In this document: positions 37,917 through 46,877 of the stretch, piece by piece | Layout: every line of letters starts with the position of its first letter | Numbering within the stretch: position 1 is the stretch's first letter | DNA from: Candidatus Poseidoniales archaeon | Lineage (GTDB): Archaea > Thermoplasmatota > Poseidoniia > Poseidoniales > Thalassarchaeaceae | Reading direction: 5' to 3' | Assembly (NCBI GenBank): GCA_012959435.1 | Contig: DUDF01000172.1 | Span: forward strand, 1 to 56,903 | Length of the DNA stretch: 56,903 nt | The notes under the pieces: generated by a model | Told to the model about the DNA's origin: nothing | Database searches by the model: none | What the model saw: the letters and a program-made list of their open reading frames with translations, nothing else | Program-made: the position numbers and the translations under genes

Positions 37917-38186
37917 TGCCCCGGGGAGTAACGAACCGCCTCATCGCTTTTGGCTTGGAGGTTCTGACCCACCCCGGGGCGTCTGTCGGACAAGTGGGTG
38001 GTTCCAGTAGTCATTCCGCGCACAGCAGTCGTATGGAGACCTTCTCGCCCTGCCGCCATTTTGCACCGAGGTTCATTCCCCGAAGGGTCACCACGGCCTT
38101 CGAAGGCGGCGATACCCCGCACTTGGTACCACAGTTCATCCCTCGCCGGCGAAGGCCAAGGTCCGTGTGGTGTTGCAGCCGGGGCA
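37917..38186 (-). ncRNA. Unclassified ~270-nt structured RNA with multiple kink-turn-like hairpins
   Basis: GC-rich island between two genes, closed by the terminal stem TGCCCCGG/CCGGGGCA. On the minus strand it has a C(UUCG)G tetraloop, k-turn patterns, TATA-like elements upstream (38208-38227) and T-rich runs downstream (about 37897-37914). Confidence 0.72.
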
Positions 38187-38237
38187 AACTTTTGGGTAAA
38201 ACCACCCCTTTTGAATCCTCTTATATGTGGGAAAGTG

Positions 38238-40889
38238 TCATAATCGCCGCTGAGATGACTCTCTGAGTCCATCGTGGTAACCACTTTTTCCCGCTGCTAA
38301 TCGTGCAGCAACTTCGGAGTTCCCGCTGATAATTTCAGTAGCAGTGAAGGATGGCCACCTCTCGCGAGGTTGTAACAACCATCCAACCATTGGATGGATT
38401 TGTCCTACAACTGGTTTAGTACCGATAAGAATTGACTTCAACGCATTTAGAATGTCAGTCAACTCAGCAAACCCCTGTAACTCCACATCAATATCAACCC
38501 CCTGAAGAATTCTCTCCAAACGGGATACAAGGTCAGAGGGGCAACCTGGGTGTTCAATCGCACCTATTCCAGGAATAGTATGTATCTCACCGATTGGACG
38601 GAATAGAGCAGACGCCCATGGAATGTTCTCTCCAATAAGCATCTCACGTCCCTCTACTCCTTCAGTAATTGTGGTGAATAATTGTGGTGAAAATGGAGCC
38701 CACCATTCAATGGGTAATGATGTGATTCCCCTAATTTCTTCAATCGTTGGAGTTCTATCATCTCTCACTGTCGAGAGCAATGATATCCAGCCATTAATGA
38801 TAGGTGATGATCTTTGAGATGTCTCAATATCCCTTGCCCAACTATCATCTAATTCTCCTTGAGAAGATAGCCAAGTCAAACCCGTTAAAGCAGGAATTAT
38901 ATTTGATGGGAGAGATTTAGATATGCTTTTTGGGGCCCAACGAGCCAAATCAGAAGCAAGTTCGGGTGGTAACCATGCAACCTGGGAAAGTAAGGTAGAA
39001 GTTAGCCATGCCGAGGCAACATCATTGAAGTGATGTGAATCGATTAGAGTTCTCAACCTCAATGCTAAATCATCTTCATTACGAATCCTTTGTACCAGAT
39101 AATTGTGAGCCAACTCCTGCCAATCATAGGGCGCACTTCCTGCAACTTCTGCTAGAAATTCTATCGGGACTTTTTGTACAGGTAGCAGTGAAATCCAATC
39201 AACACCCAACCGATTACCTTGACGACGCCACAATGGCCAACGATTATCATCAGGACAAGCAATCCATGCCGCTAATGGATCAACTGATTCTATTCTATCA
39301 GCCCAATCAGCATCACCTTCTGGATAACGGAGTGATGCAGCAAACAATCTCATTTCTTCAGATGATTCTTCGGATGCATTTGGTGGCGCAGATGCACCAG
39401 CCGCAAGTCTCGCTGCTGCAACGACCCCACTTAGGGCGGAAGCAGAATGGGGAGGCACCCAAAGTGGTGGAGGAGATGTGAAACTAGGTGGTGGGCGATG
39501 GGATACCTTGCATGGTAATTCAACATCCCCAGCCAATTTCAAGAGGTACCAAGAAAGGGGGCGGATTGGATCGGGCCTAAGCGTGGGGTACGCCAGCGGT
39601 TCTTCGGGTTCTTGAGAGAGTATTGCGAGTCTAGTCCTAGGGTCTCGGAAAACTGAATGCAATTGCCCTGAATCATGTTGACCTGGAGGATATTGCAAAA
39701 CTACAGGAGTTGTTTCTTGTCGCGACAAAGACCAATCTATCAGAGAAAGCCAAGCTGTAGATGATAATCCTTGGACATCAATAATAGTATTCTCTACCTC
39801 GGTTTTTTTGCTCCATTGATGATTTGACCAATCTGATTGAAAACGTCTCCAAGTCGATTCTTCAACCCTAATGTTACCACTTCGTTTGCGGCGCCCTTTG
39901 CGAATTGCTTGAGTCAATCCTTGTAATCGGTGTTGACGCTCTTTTTCCGTAAGACGTGGGTGAGCGCGATTAATCCATGAATCAAGAATTGAAAGGGGCA
40001 GGGCATCGCCTTGGCGTCCTAAAAGTGATGCTTCCGCAATTACTAGAGCCCCGTTTGAAGCCGCTGAAAGTATAGTTGTTGTTGAAAGCCGGTCGGGCAA
40101 GATTGCACAAATAGGACATTGTGATTGAAGAGGCGAAACTGATTCATGGGCTGTCCCAAGGGTCCATGATTCTGATTCACCCATTGGCATTGGGAGGTCT
40201 GGCCACCTATCTACTGGTGGTTCACCAAACCAACTTCCAATTGCTAATTTTAGAGATTGACGCGGATCCAATAATCGAGCGCGAACTAATCCAATCACCG
40301 GTGCTGGTTCTACCCAATCAGACAATGAGGTTGTAGATTGTTCATCAGAAGGTGCGGCAACCTGCTCAAAAGATTCTAAATCGTACCATCTCACTTCTGC
40401 CTCACGTGCAACCGCCCAAACATATTCCTCCTTCACCCCTTGGATTCCACTAGAGATTACTGTTTGGTCGGAATGACTGAAACCCCCACCCCAAGGTAAT
40501 GGGATGAGGGGGCTAGAGAGAGGTTTCGTGTAAGCAAGAAGAAGTTGAGGGCCATTTTTTGCAAGTAATTTCCCAATAGCGTGTTCGGGAATTGAATCAA
40601 TGCTGCTATCAGCTAATCTAGCCAATTCATCACCAATGAAAACCTGCCAACCAGTAGCGGTGAGATGCTGTTTCGCACCTCTTTGCCCTGGTCCAGAATC
40701 TGACTGAATCAGGCCCTCCTCCCTCATTCTCTTCAATTCTGCAGATGCATGAGGCAAGCGTAGACCAACTGCTTTACTTGATCCAGTGACAGTTGATGGA
40801 CCGTCGGAAAGATGGCCCAATAACCTCCGCCTGTAACTGCCGCGGATTCGTGAAAAAGTCACCGGATTTCCACTCTTGGCCATGACCAT
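38238..40889 (-). CDS. Large hypothetical protein with N-terminal winged helix-turn-helix
   Basis: N-terminus RRRLLGHLSDGPSTVT...LPHASAELKRMREEGLI...HLTATG resembles ArsR/MarR wHTH; the Trp/Pro-rich remainder is unrecognised. Confidence 0.75.
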   Translation of the reverse strand: MVMAKSGNPVTFSRIRGSYRRRLLGHLSDGPSTVTGSSKAVGLRLPHASAELKRMREEGLIQSDSGPGQRGAKQHLTATGWQVFIGDELARLADSSIDSIPEHAIGKLLAKNGPQLLLAYTKPLSSPLIPLPWGGGFSHSDQTVISSGIQGVKEEYVWAVAREAEVRWYDLESFEQVAAPSDEQSTTSLSDWVEPAPVIGLVRARLLDPRQSLKLAIGSWFGEPPVDRWPDLPMPMGESESWTLGTAHESVSPLQSQCPICAILPDRLSTTTILSAASNGALVIAEASLLGRQGDALPLSILDSWINRAHPRLTEKERQHRLQGLTQAIRKGRRKRSGNIRVEESTWRRFQSDWSNHQWSKKTEVENTIIDVQGLSSTAWLSLIDWSLSRQETTPVVLQYPPGQHDSGQLHSVFRDPRTRLAILSQEPEEPLAYPTLRPDPIRPLSWYLLKLAGDVELPCKVSHRPPPSFTSPPPLWVPPHSASALSGVVAAARLAAGASAPPNASEESSEEMRLFAASLRYPEGDADWADRIESVDPLAAWIACPDDNRWPLWRRQGNRLGVDWISLLPVQKVPIEFLAEVAGSAPYDWQELAHNYLVQRIRNEDDLALRLRTLIDSHHFNDVASAWLTSTLLSQVAWLPPELASDLARWAPKSISKSLPSNIIPALTGLTWLSSQGELDDSWARDIETSQRSSPIINGWISLLSTVRDDRTPTIEEIRGITSLPIEWWAPFSPQLFTTITEGVEGREMLIGENIPWASALFRPIGEIHTIPGIGAIEHPGCPSDLVSRLERILQGVDIDVELQGFAELTDILNALKSILIGTKPVVGQIHPMVGWLLQPRERWPSFTATEIISGNSEVAARLAAGKSGYHDGLRESSQRRL

Positions 40890-41174
40890 CTCTCCGACAC
40901 CTCAACAGGGGGCTTGGCGCAAGGGAGTCGTTGATAGTACTTCAATTATTTCATTAGTTACCATTTGTTACAGATTTCCACTGGAGAACGTTCGGTTTTA
41001 CTAACTCACCGTTTATTTTATTCACTAACCATGCAATTAATATGTCACCACATGTAACAACAATGCGTCATCTGTGGCAACGGTTATATCAGCGACAGCA
41101 TTCGCTCAGGTCACACGGCGTAAAGTACCCCTATGGATACCCGTTAGATGACTTGGAGGAAAAGGTGAAAAAAA

Positions 41175-41477
41175 ATGAAGACAGTTAGAATCAGACAGAA
41201 GATCAAGGCATTCCTTGCCGAGAGACCCCGTAATACTGCGGAAATTCTTGAGCACATCAATACCACAATGAGACACGGGACAACAAGCCAACAACTTGGA
41301 AATGTTCTCTCGAAAGATAAAGACATAGTGAAGGTAGGATACATCAAGAGAAGTGGAATTCTCTCAGGTGGTTATGATATCTGTGAGTGGGCAATTGTCG
41401 ACTGGGTAAAGGACAAGCACCCAGAATGGAGCCCTGGCCAACCATTTCTTCTTGACCGCGATAATTCCGCATACTGA
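41175..41477 (+). CDS. Small conserved wHTH-like protein (DUF3860-like)
   Basis: NTAEILEHIN...HGTTSQQLGNVLSKD...YDICEW; RBS GGAGG/AGGTGA. Confidence 0.75.
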   Translation: MKTVRIRQKIKAFLAERPRNTAEILEHINTTMRHGTTSQQLGNVLSKDKDIVKVGYIKRSGILSGGYDICEWAIVDWVKDKHPEWSPGQPFLLDRDNSAY

Positions 41478-41574
41478 AGCAGTTGATTAACAATCAACTT
41501 CGCCAATAGTGTGATTGGTTTACAAGTTGCTAAAGTAAAGTTAGACTTGTGACATTAGAGAGACTTTTCAGCCA

Positions 41575-42594
41575 TCAATCTTCAAGAGTATCGTCCCAAT
41601 CACCTGAACGTGCAAGGCTATTCATCTTAGCACGGTGTGAAAATGCATTTTGACTATCTTCTGGAGTACCGCTAGCCCAAGATTGGAGTGCTGCTGCCTG
41701 AAGAGCTCTGCCGTAGGAATACGAAAGTTGCCACGACGGGTTTTCATCCATTGTATTCATCAAATTAAGATGGGCGGTGGCATCCTCATCAGATTGGCCG
41801 CCAGAAAGGAAAACAATACCAGGTAAATTTTGCGGGACGTTCTCACTTAGACACTTGAGAGTTAACCGAGCCACCTCTTCTCTAGAGATTTGCTCAGCAC
41901 AATCATTTCCAGCAATTATCATATTTGGTTTCAGTAGTGCACCAGGAATGTGTACCCCTTGGTCTTCACAAGCTGCAAAGGTTGCAGTAAGGATTTCTGC
42001 AGTGACAGAATAACAACGAGCTGCGTCGTGGTCCCCCTCCATCAACACTTCAGGCTCAATAATTGGGACCAATCCTTGCTCTTGACATATTGCTGAATAG
42101 CGGGCTAATGCATGTGCGTTCGCACTGATGCAAGCCTTGGAAGGGGTCCCGTCAGCAATCGTAATGACCGCACGCCATTTTGCAAATCGCGCACCCAAAT
42201 TGAAATATTCCATGCATCGAGTCCTCAATCCATCCAACCCTTCAGTGATTTTTTCGCCATCATGATTGGCTAAAGGATAAGCGCCAGTGTCAACTTTGAT
42301 TCCAGGAAGAATACCTTGTGCCATTAGGTAATCGGGTACCGCTGTCCCATCATCCATCATCTGCCTGATAGTCTCATCATAGAGGATTACCCCGCTTACT
42401 GCTGCTTCACAACCTGGTGTCGCGAACAAGTTCGCCCGGTAAGATCGGCGTGCCTCTCCAGAGGGGTCAACTCCAACTCCTTGAAGTCGGCTGCTCATTG
42501 TCCCCGTACTTTCATCTGCAGCTAGAATCCCTCGCCCTGGGGAGACCAATTTATTGGCATTTTCTTCAAGCATCATAGTGTCCATGAGTACCAC
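41575..42594 (-). CDS. fba: Class I fructose-bisphosphate aldolase (bacterial/eukaryotic type)
   Basis: GILAADES, GIKVDTG, FAKWRAV, PIIEPEV, Schiff-base LLKPNM, FLSGGQ, SYGRALQ. Confidence 0.95.
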   Translation of the reverse strand: MVLMDTMMLEENANKLVSPGRGILAADESTGTMSSRLQGVGVDPSGEARRSYRANLFATPGCEAAVSGVILYDETIRQMMDDGTAVPDYLMAQGILPGIKVDTGAYPLANHDGEKITEGLDGLRTRCMEYFNLGARFAKWRAVITIADGTPSKACISANAHALARYSAICQEQGLVPIIEPEVLMEGDHDAARCYSVTAEILTATFAACEDQGVHIPGALLKPNMIIAGNDCAEQISREEVARLTLKCLSENVPQNLPGIVFLSGGQSDEDATAHLNLMNTMDENPSWQLSYSYGRALQAAALQSWASGTPEDSQNAFSHRAKMNSLARSGDWDDTLED

Positions 42595-42750
42595 TTAAGA
42601 GACACGAGTCGGCTTGGTATTTTCAAGTCATCGCTGAAAGCCAACAGAAGATATTAGTGGCATTATCATTTAAATTAATTAAATTGTCATCCGAAAATTA
42701 GTAACCAATTAATATAACTACATAATCGAACGTGTCTAGAGGAGACTGAG

Positions 42751-42936
42751 ATGGCTGAAAGTAACTTAACCTGCCCGAAATGCAGTCATGTTCAAACAAT
42801 TGAAATGCCGACTGATTGCTGCCTATTCTTCCATCAGTGTATTAATTGTAAAATAACTTTGAAGCCAAAAAAAGGCGACTGCTGTGTATTTTGCAGTTAT
42901 GGAGACAAGTTGTGTCCACCAAAAGGTGGTTGCTAA
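42751..42936 (+). CDS. GDCCVxC-domain small Cys-rich protein
   Basis: CPKC...MPTDCC...CINC...KPKKGDCCVFCSYG...CPP; GAGGAG RBS. Confidence 0.88.
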   Translation: MAESNLTCPKCSHVQTIEMPTDCCLFFHQCINCKITLKPKKGDCCVFCSYGDKLCPPKGGC

Positions 42937-42940
42937 CAAC

Positions 42941-43894
42941 TCATTGAGGATATTCAGTGCTGATGAAGCGTCTTACTCCACTTGCCACATCAATTACTTC
43001 TGAGTGTACTACCACCCGGCCCCCAAGGTCTTCTACCCCTGGAAGATATCCCGAGCAAACTCCACTGGCAACGAACAATGCGTCTGAACTTGAACACAAA
43101 TCATCTCTACCCCATAGCCGATAAACGTCATCTCCAAGCATCTCCTTTGCTCGGCGCTCGTGGTCCTCATTCGTAGTTACGAGCCTCCCTTCAAAATGTC
43201 CATCTAAGCCTCTCAATGCCGCCGCTGTTATCACGCCTTCAGGAGCGGCCCCAATCCCCATCAAAAGATCGATGTCACTTTCTGGGTTGGCAGCATCAAG
43301 AGCAGCTGCAACGTCACCATCACCAATAAGTGGGACTGAGACGCCGAAATTTCTCAGTTCTTTAATCAATTCAATGTGGCGGTCTCGGTCCATTACTACA
43401 ATTTTTAGGTCTGTGACTTTTTTGTCTAGAGCAGCGGCAGCGGCTTCTACATTGTATGCAACATCTGCCTCAAGTGAAATTTCCCCTGCTACTTCAGCAG
43501 GTCCTGCGAGTTTGTCCATGTAACAATCTGGAGCGTGCAAAAGAGAGCCGCGCGGAGCGGCTGCCAGCACCGCTATTGCATTCGGTAAATCCTTAGCAAC
43601 ATGATTAGTACATTCAAGAGGGTCGACTGCAATGTCTATCTTTTGTGCCCCTGCCACGCCCTGCATTGAACCAAGTGGCTCACCAATCCACAACATTGGT
43701 GCGTCATCTCTCTCGCCCTCACCGATAGCTACGCGGCCATCAAATGGAACTGAGTCAAAGACACTACGCATTGCTTCCACAGCAGCACCATCAGCCAATT
43801 TACCATCGCCGCGACCGCGCCATTTCGCTGCGGCTATAGCCGCTGCTTCAGTCGCTTTCACAAAGTGAGATGTCAAATCACTAGTCTTCGCCAT
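42941..43894 (-). CDS. glpX: Class II fructose-1,6-bisphosphatase
   Basis: ADGAAVEAMR, IGEGERDDAPML, DIAVDPLE, DRDRH, DGDV, GIGAAPEGVI. Confidence 0.94.
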   Translation of the reverse strand: MAKTSDLTSHFVKATEAAAIAAAKWRGRGDGKLADGAAVEAMRSVFDSVPFDGRVAIGEGERDDAPMLWIGEPLGSMQGVAGAQKIDIAVDPLECTNHVAKDLPNAIAVLAAAPRGSLLHAPDCYMDKLAGPAEVAGEISLEADVAYNVEAAAAALDKKVTDLKIVVMDRDRHIELIKELRNFGVSVPLIGDGDVAAALDAANPESDIDLLMGIGAAPEGVITAAALRGLDGHFEGRLVTTNEDHERRAKEMLGDDVYRLWGRDDLCSSSDALFVASGVCSGYLPGVEDLGGRVVVHSEVIDVASGVRRFISTEYPQ

Positions 43895-43930
43895 GGTTGC
43901 CGGAGGACCTACCGGTTCTCAATGTGGCGG

Positions 43931-44380
43931 TCACGAACCCTTATTCTTTTCAAGAACTTGGATAGACTCTATTTGGGTTTCAGGATATTGACCTTGTTCA
44001 TCCTTTTCTAATGATTTCACCATATCCCAAGCGCATAGAAGACCTGCTGAAACACCAACAATCGCTTCCATCTCGACACCAGTTTTCCAATGCGCAGAAA
44101 CCGACAATGTACAACGCAGAGAATTTTCTTCCCAATCCCAAGACACATTACAGCCTTCAATGGGGATGACATGGCAATGAGGAATAATTCTTGGTGTGTC
44201 TTTTACTGCTTGAATGGCAGCAACAGTAGATGCTTCCAATACATCCCCCTTGGCAATTAGTCCATTCCTAATTGCATCTGCTGAGTCAGAGGACAAGCGC
44301 AGTAATCCTGTAGCAACCGCGCTTCTCTCAACAATTGGTTTATGCCCAATTGGTACTATTCCATCAATGCCGTCACTCAT
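43931..44380 (-). CDS. moaC: Cyclic pyranopterin monophosphate synthase
   Basis: KGDVL, IPHCH, KTGVEMEA, WDMVKS...VLEKNK. Its ATG overlaps the moaE stop (ATGA). Confidence 0.93.
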   Translation of the reverse strand: MSDGIDGIVPIGHKPIVERSAVATGLLRLSSDSADAIRNGLIAKGDVLEASTVAAIQAVKDTPRIIPHCHVIPIEGCNVSWDWEENSLRCTLSVSAHWKTGVEMEAIVGVSAGLLCAWDMVKSLEKDEQGQYPETQIESIQVLEKNKGS

Positions 44381-44808
44381 CCCAAACCACCTTTCCATAT
44401 CGTGCCATCAGCCCTAACTTCTTTTTTCCACAGGGGGGCTTGGGACTTCAGTTCATCTATCAACCAACTACAGGCCTCAAATCCCTCGGCTCTATGCGGA
44501 CTTGCAACATGAATCGCTACAATTGGCTCACTAGGCCCCACACTCCCAGTTCGATGTGCCATTGAAACCGATGAAACGCCAAACTTCGAAAGTGCTTCAT
44601 GTCCAAGGTTTGAAAGAACTTGAGGCAATTTTTCTTCCCAAGCATCAAATTCTAACCTTTCAATCTCCACCCCATCATCTAAACCTCTAGTAATGCCAAG
44701 AAATGAAACAATGCTCCCACAACCATCTAGGTGGAGTTTTTCTCTGACTGCAGTTGAATCTAGAGAATCGGCTGCGGCAACTACGATGACTCTCTCATCT
44801 ACAGTCAT
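44377..44808 (-). CDS. moaE: Molybdopterin synthase catalytic subunit
   Basis: GSIVSFLGITR, HRTG, SPHR, LKSQAPLWKKE. Confidence 0.93.
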   Translation of the reverse strand: MTVDERVIVVAAADSLDSTAVREKLHLDGCGSIVSFLGITRGLDDGVEIERLEFDAWEEKLPQVLSNLGHEALSKFGVSSVSMAHRTGSVGPSEPIVAIHVASPHRAEGFEACSWLIDELKSQAPLWKKEVRADGTIWKGGLG

Positions 44809-44889
44809 TTGAATTATCTGAAAAAGCACCCCTGCATTAAACCGCCGATGGCGAATGCTTCATGATTGAAGGGCCTCCCGACGAAATTG

Positions 44890-46131
44890 ATGGTAACGGT
44901 GTCTAGTACAGATGAGCCCATTCAAATCATGGGTGCAGGACTCTCAGGGTTATCCGCTGCCATCATTTTAGCTAAAGCCGGTCGCGAGGTGCATGTACAT
45001 GATATTCGTAACGATTCGGGAGCAAGATTTGACGGGGATTTTCAAGGGATTGAAAATTGGACTAGCGATGATGATTTCTTAGACGAAATGAGGGGATGGG
45101 GAATTGACCCTGATGAATTCAAGACTACAGATTTTCACCAAGTTGACGTCATTCATCCCGATGATGTCATCACTCAAGCTTGGAGCCCCACTGTTGCGTT
45201 CAGAGTTATTGAAAGAGGGACTGCGCCTCATACAATAGACCAGGGACTGAAACGTCAAGCTGTCACAGCAGGTGCGAATATCCACTACAAATCAAGGGTA
45301 AAGCCAGAGGACTGCCACATTATCGCTGCTGGCCCGAAAGATACCTCAGCACTAGCCTACGGTGAAATATTCGAGACTTCACACCCAGACCATGTGGCTT
45401 TCCACTTCAATGATAAATTAGCACCTGGTGCCTACGCCTACCTAATTGTCATCGATGGAATCGGATTGATCTGCACCTGTCTTTGGAGAAAACAACAGAA
45501 GAGTGGGCGCTACCTCAATGAAACCATAGCTTGGTACGACAAGCATTATCCTGAACTTGATAGAAAGCCGATTAAACGGGTTGGTGGTAAAGGTGACTTC
45601 ACGATTAATCGTAATTACACAGTTGATGGCCGCCACTATGTAGGCGAAGCAGGAGGGCTTCAAGACTTCATGTGGGGTTTTGGTATGCGGTGTGCTATCA
45701 CGAGTGGAGTATTTGCGGCAAAGGACATTCTTGGTGAATGCAATTATGACACGGAAGTCCGCAAACGACTATTGCCTACTGTCAAAACTTCAGTATCTAA
45801 TCGCTGGCTGATGAATCGAGTTGGAAATCGCGCCTTCAAGCGAATCTCCCTCTCTTGGATGAAGGACCAAAAGAAGAGACAGGATGGTCTACCCTTCATC
45901 GGTCGGCTCTTCCGACCCGACATTTTCAGGAAATTAGTCTATCACCTCGCTGCAAAGTGGATGCTGAAAAAAGTCGATGTAGCAGATGGAAGAGTTATCC
46001 ATCGTCTACCCTATCGAAAAGCCCTGAAAAGAGATGTTTGGGAGCCAAGTGAGGAAGCCATTGCCATTGAGAAAGAGTGGAAACTTTCGCGCAAGAGTGG
46101 AATAACTGAATCATTCTCAGAAGAGGAATGA
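44890..46131 (+). CDS. NAD(P)/FAD-dependent oxidoreductase, geranylgeranyl-reductase-like
   Basis: GAGLSG dinucleotide-binding motif, APGAYAY, VGEAGG...GFGMRCAITSG. Confidence 0.8.
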   Translation: MVTVSSTDEPIQIMGAGLSGLSAAIILAKAGREVHVHDIRNDSGARFDGDFQGIENWTSDDDFLDEMRGWGIDPDEFKTTDFHQVDVIHPDDVITQAWSPTVAFRVIERGTAPHTIDQGLKRQAVTAGANIHYKSRVKPEDCHIIAAGPKDTSALAYGEIFETSHPDHVAFHFNDKLAPGAYAYLIVIDGIGLICTCLWRKQQKSGRYLNETIAWYDKHYPELDRKPIKRVGGKGDFTINRNYTVDGRHYVGEAGGLQDFMWGFGMRCAITSGVFAAKDILGECNYDTEVRKRLLPTVKTSVSNRWLMNRVGNRAFKRISLSWMKDQKKRQDGLPFIGRLFRPDIFRKLVYHLAAKWMLKKVDVADGRVIHRLPYRKALKRDVWEPSEEAIAIEKEWKLSRKSGITESFSEEE

Positions 46132-46132
46132 C

Positions 46133-46777
46133 TCAAGGTAACATATTGGATGATCGGTATTCACGAGTTATGTCTTTGCCGGGGAATTGGTCCTCAGACT
46201 CTCGATAGACTGTTCTTAGATTATTCACCCAATTCATTTGCTGGGTCACAATCCAGAACTCCTTTACTCCAATATCCTCAGCGGTGTCCATCCAACCCAT
46301 CACAATCTCCATTGTCATTCTCGCACCTTCGCGATGAGGGTAGGCAAATACATCCATACTGAGTGGTGGTGTGGCTACAATCGCTCTATCTTTGACATTT
46401 GAAAGTTGTTCAAATAATGTTTCATAGGCCTTTTTGATGAGACTGCGCCTTGAATCATCTTGGGTTGGTCTGCGGCAATCTGGGCCAACAACATGAATTA
46501 ATTTCTTAGTAGCTAAACCGTATGCATCAGTGATAACTGAGGTCCCAACAGGGCAAGGTTGCAAGTTATCTTTCCTGCGTTCAACAGCAATAGCCTCACA
46601 CTCTGCCCGTAGTTCTGGACCGGCCTGATTGTGAATTGCTGCATCAACTCCTTCTCTTCCTGCGAGACGGTTGTTTGCAGTAGTAATCATCACATCTGCC
46701 TCAATCTTGGAAATGTCACCAATAATGACCTTTACCAAGCCATTCTTGCACTGCCGCGCCATGAATACATCTACCAT
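46133..46777 (-). CDS. Macro-domain (ADP-ribose binding/hydrolase) protein
   Basis: GDIS...ANNRLAGREGVDAAIH..AGPEL, IHVVGP. Confidence 0.88.
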   Translation of the reverse strand: MVDVFMARQCKNGLVKVIIGDISKIEADVMITTANNRLAGREGVDAAIHNQAGPELRAECEAIAVERRKDNLQPCPVGTSVITDAYGLATKKLIHVVGPDCRRPTQDDSRRSLIKKAYETLFEQLSNVKDRAIVATPPLSMDVFAYPHREGARMTMEIVMGWMDTAEDIGVKEFWIVTQQMNWVNNLRTVYRESEDQFPGKDITREYRSSNMLP

Positions 46778-46877
46778 GTTTAGAGCAGGGGGGGCCGTTG
46801 GCAATATACCCCACGCTGAATAGGCCTAAATTAAGACTTTTTTCTAAAAAAAATACTGACACGAATGCGATAATGTA

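Noticed and set aside
37917-38186. Calling the RNA RNase P or SRP RNA
   Set aside because: Size and terminal stem fit, but I could not find the universally conserved RNase P CR-I/CR-V or SRP helix-8 motifs on either strand; left unclassified.
37856-38284. Four overlapping ORFs (64-142 aa) on both strands
   Set aside because: No protein-like features; better explained by stop-codon scarcity in the GC-rich structured RNA.
42751-42936. Selenoprotein or selenocysteine system (GDCCVxC protein plus SelB-like gene)
   Set aside because: No in-frame TGA in this ORF, the SelB-like protein lacks GTPase motifs, and no tRNA-Sec or selD is in the window.
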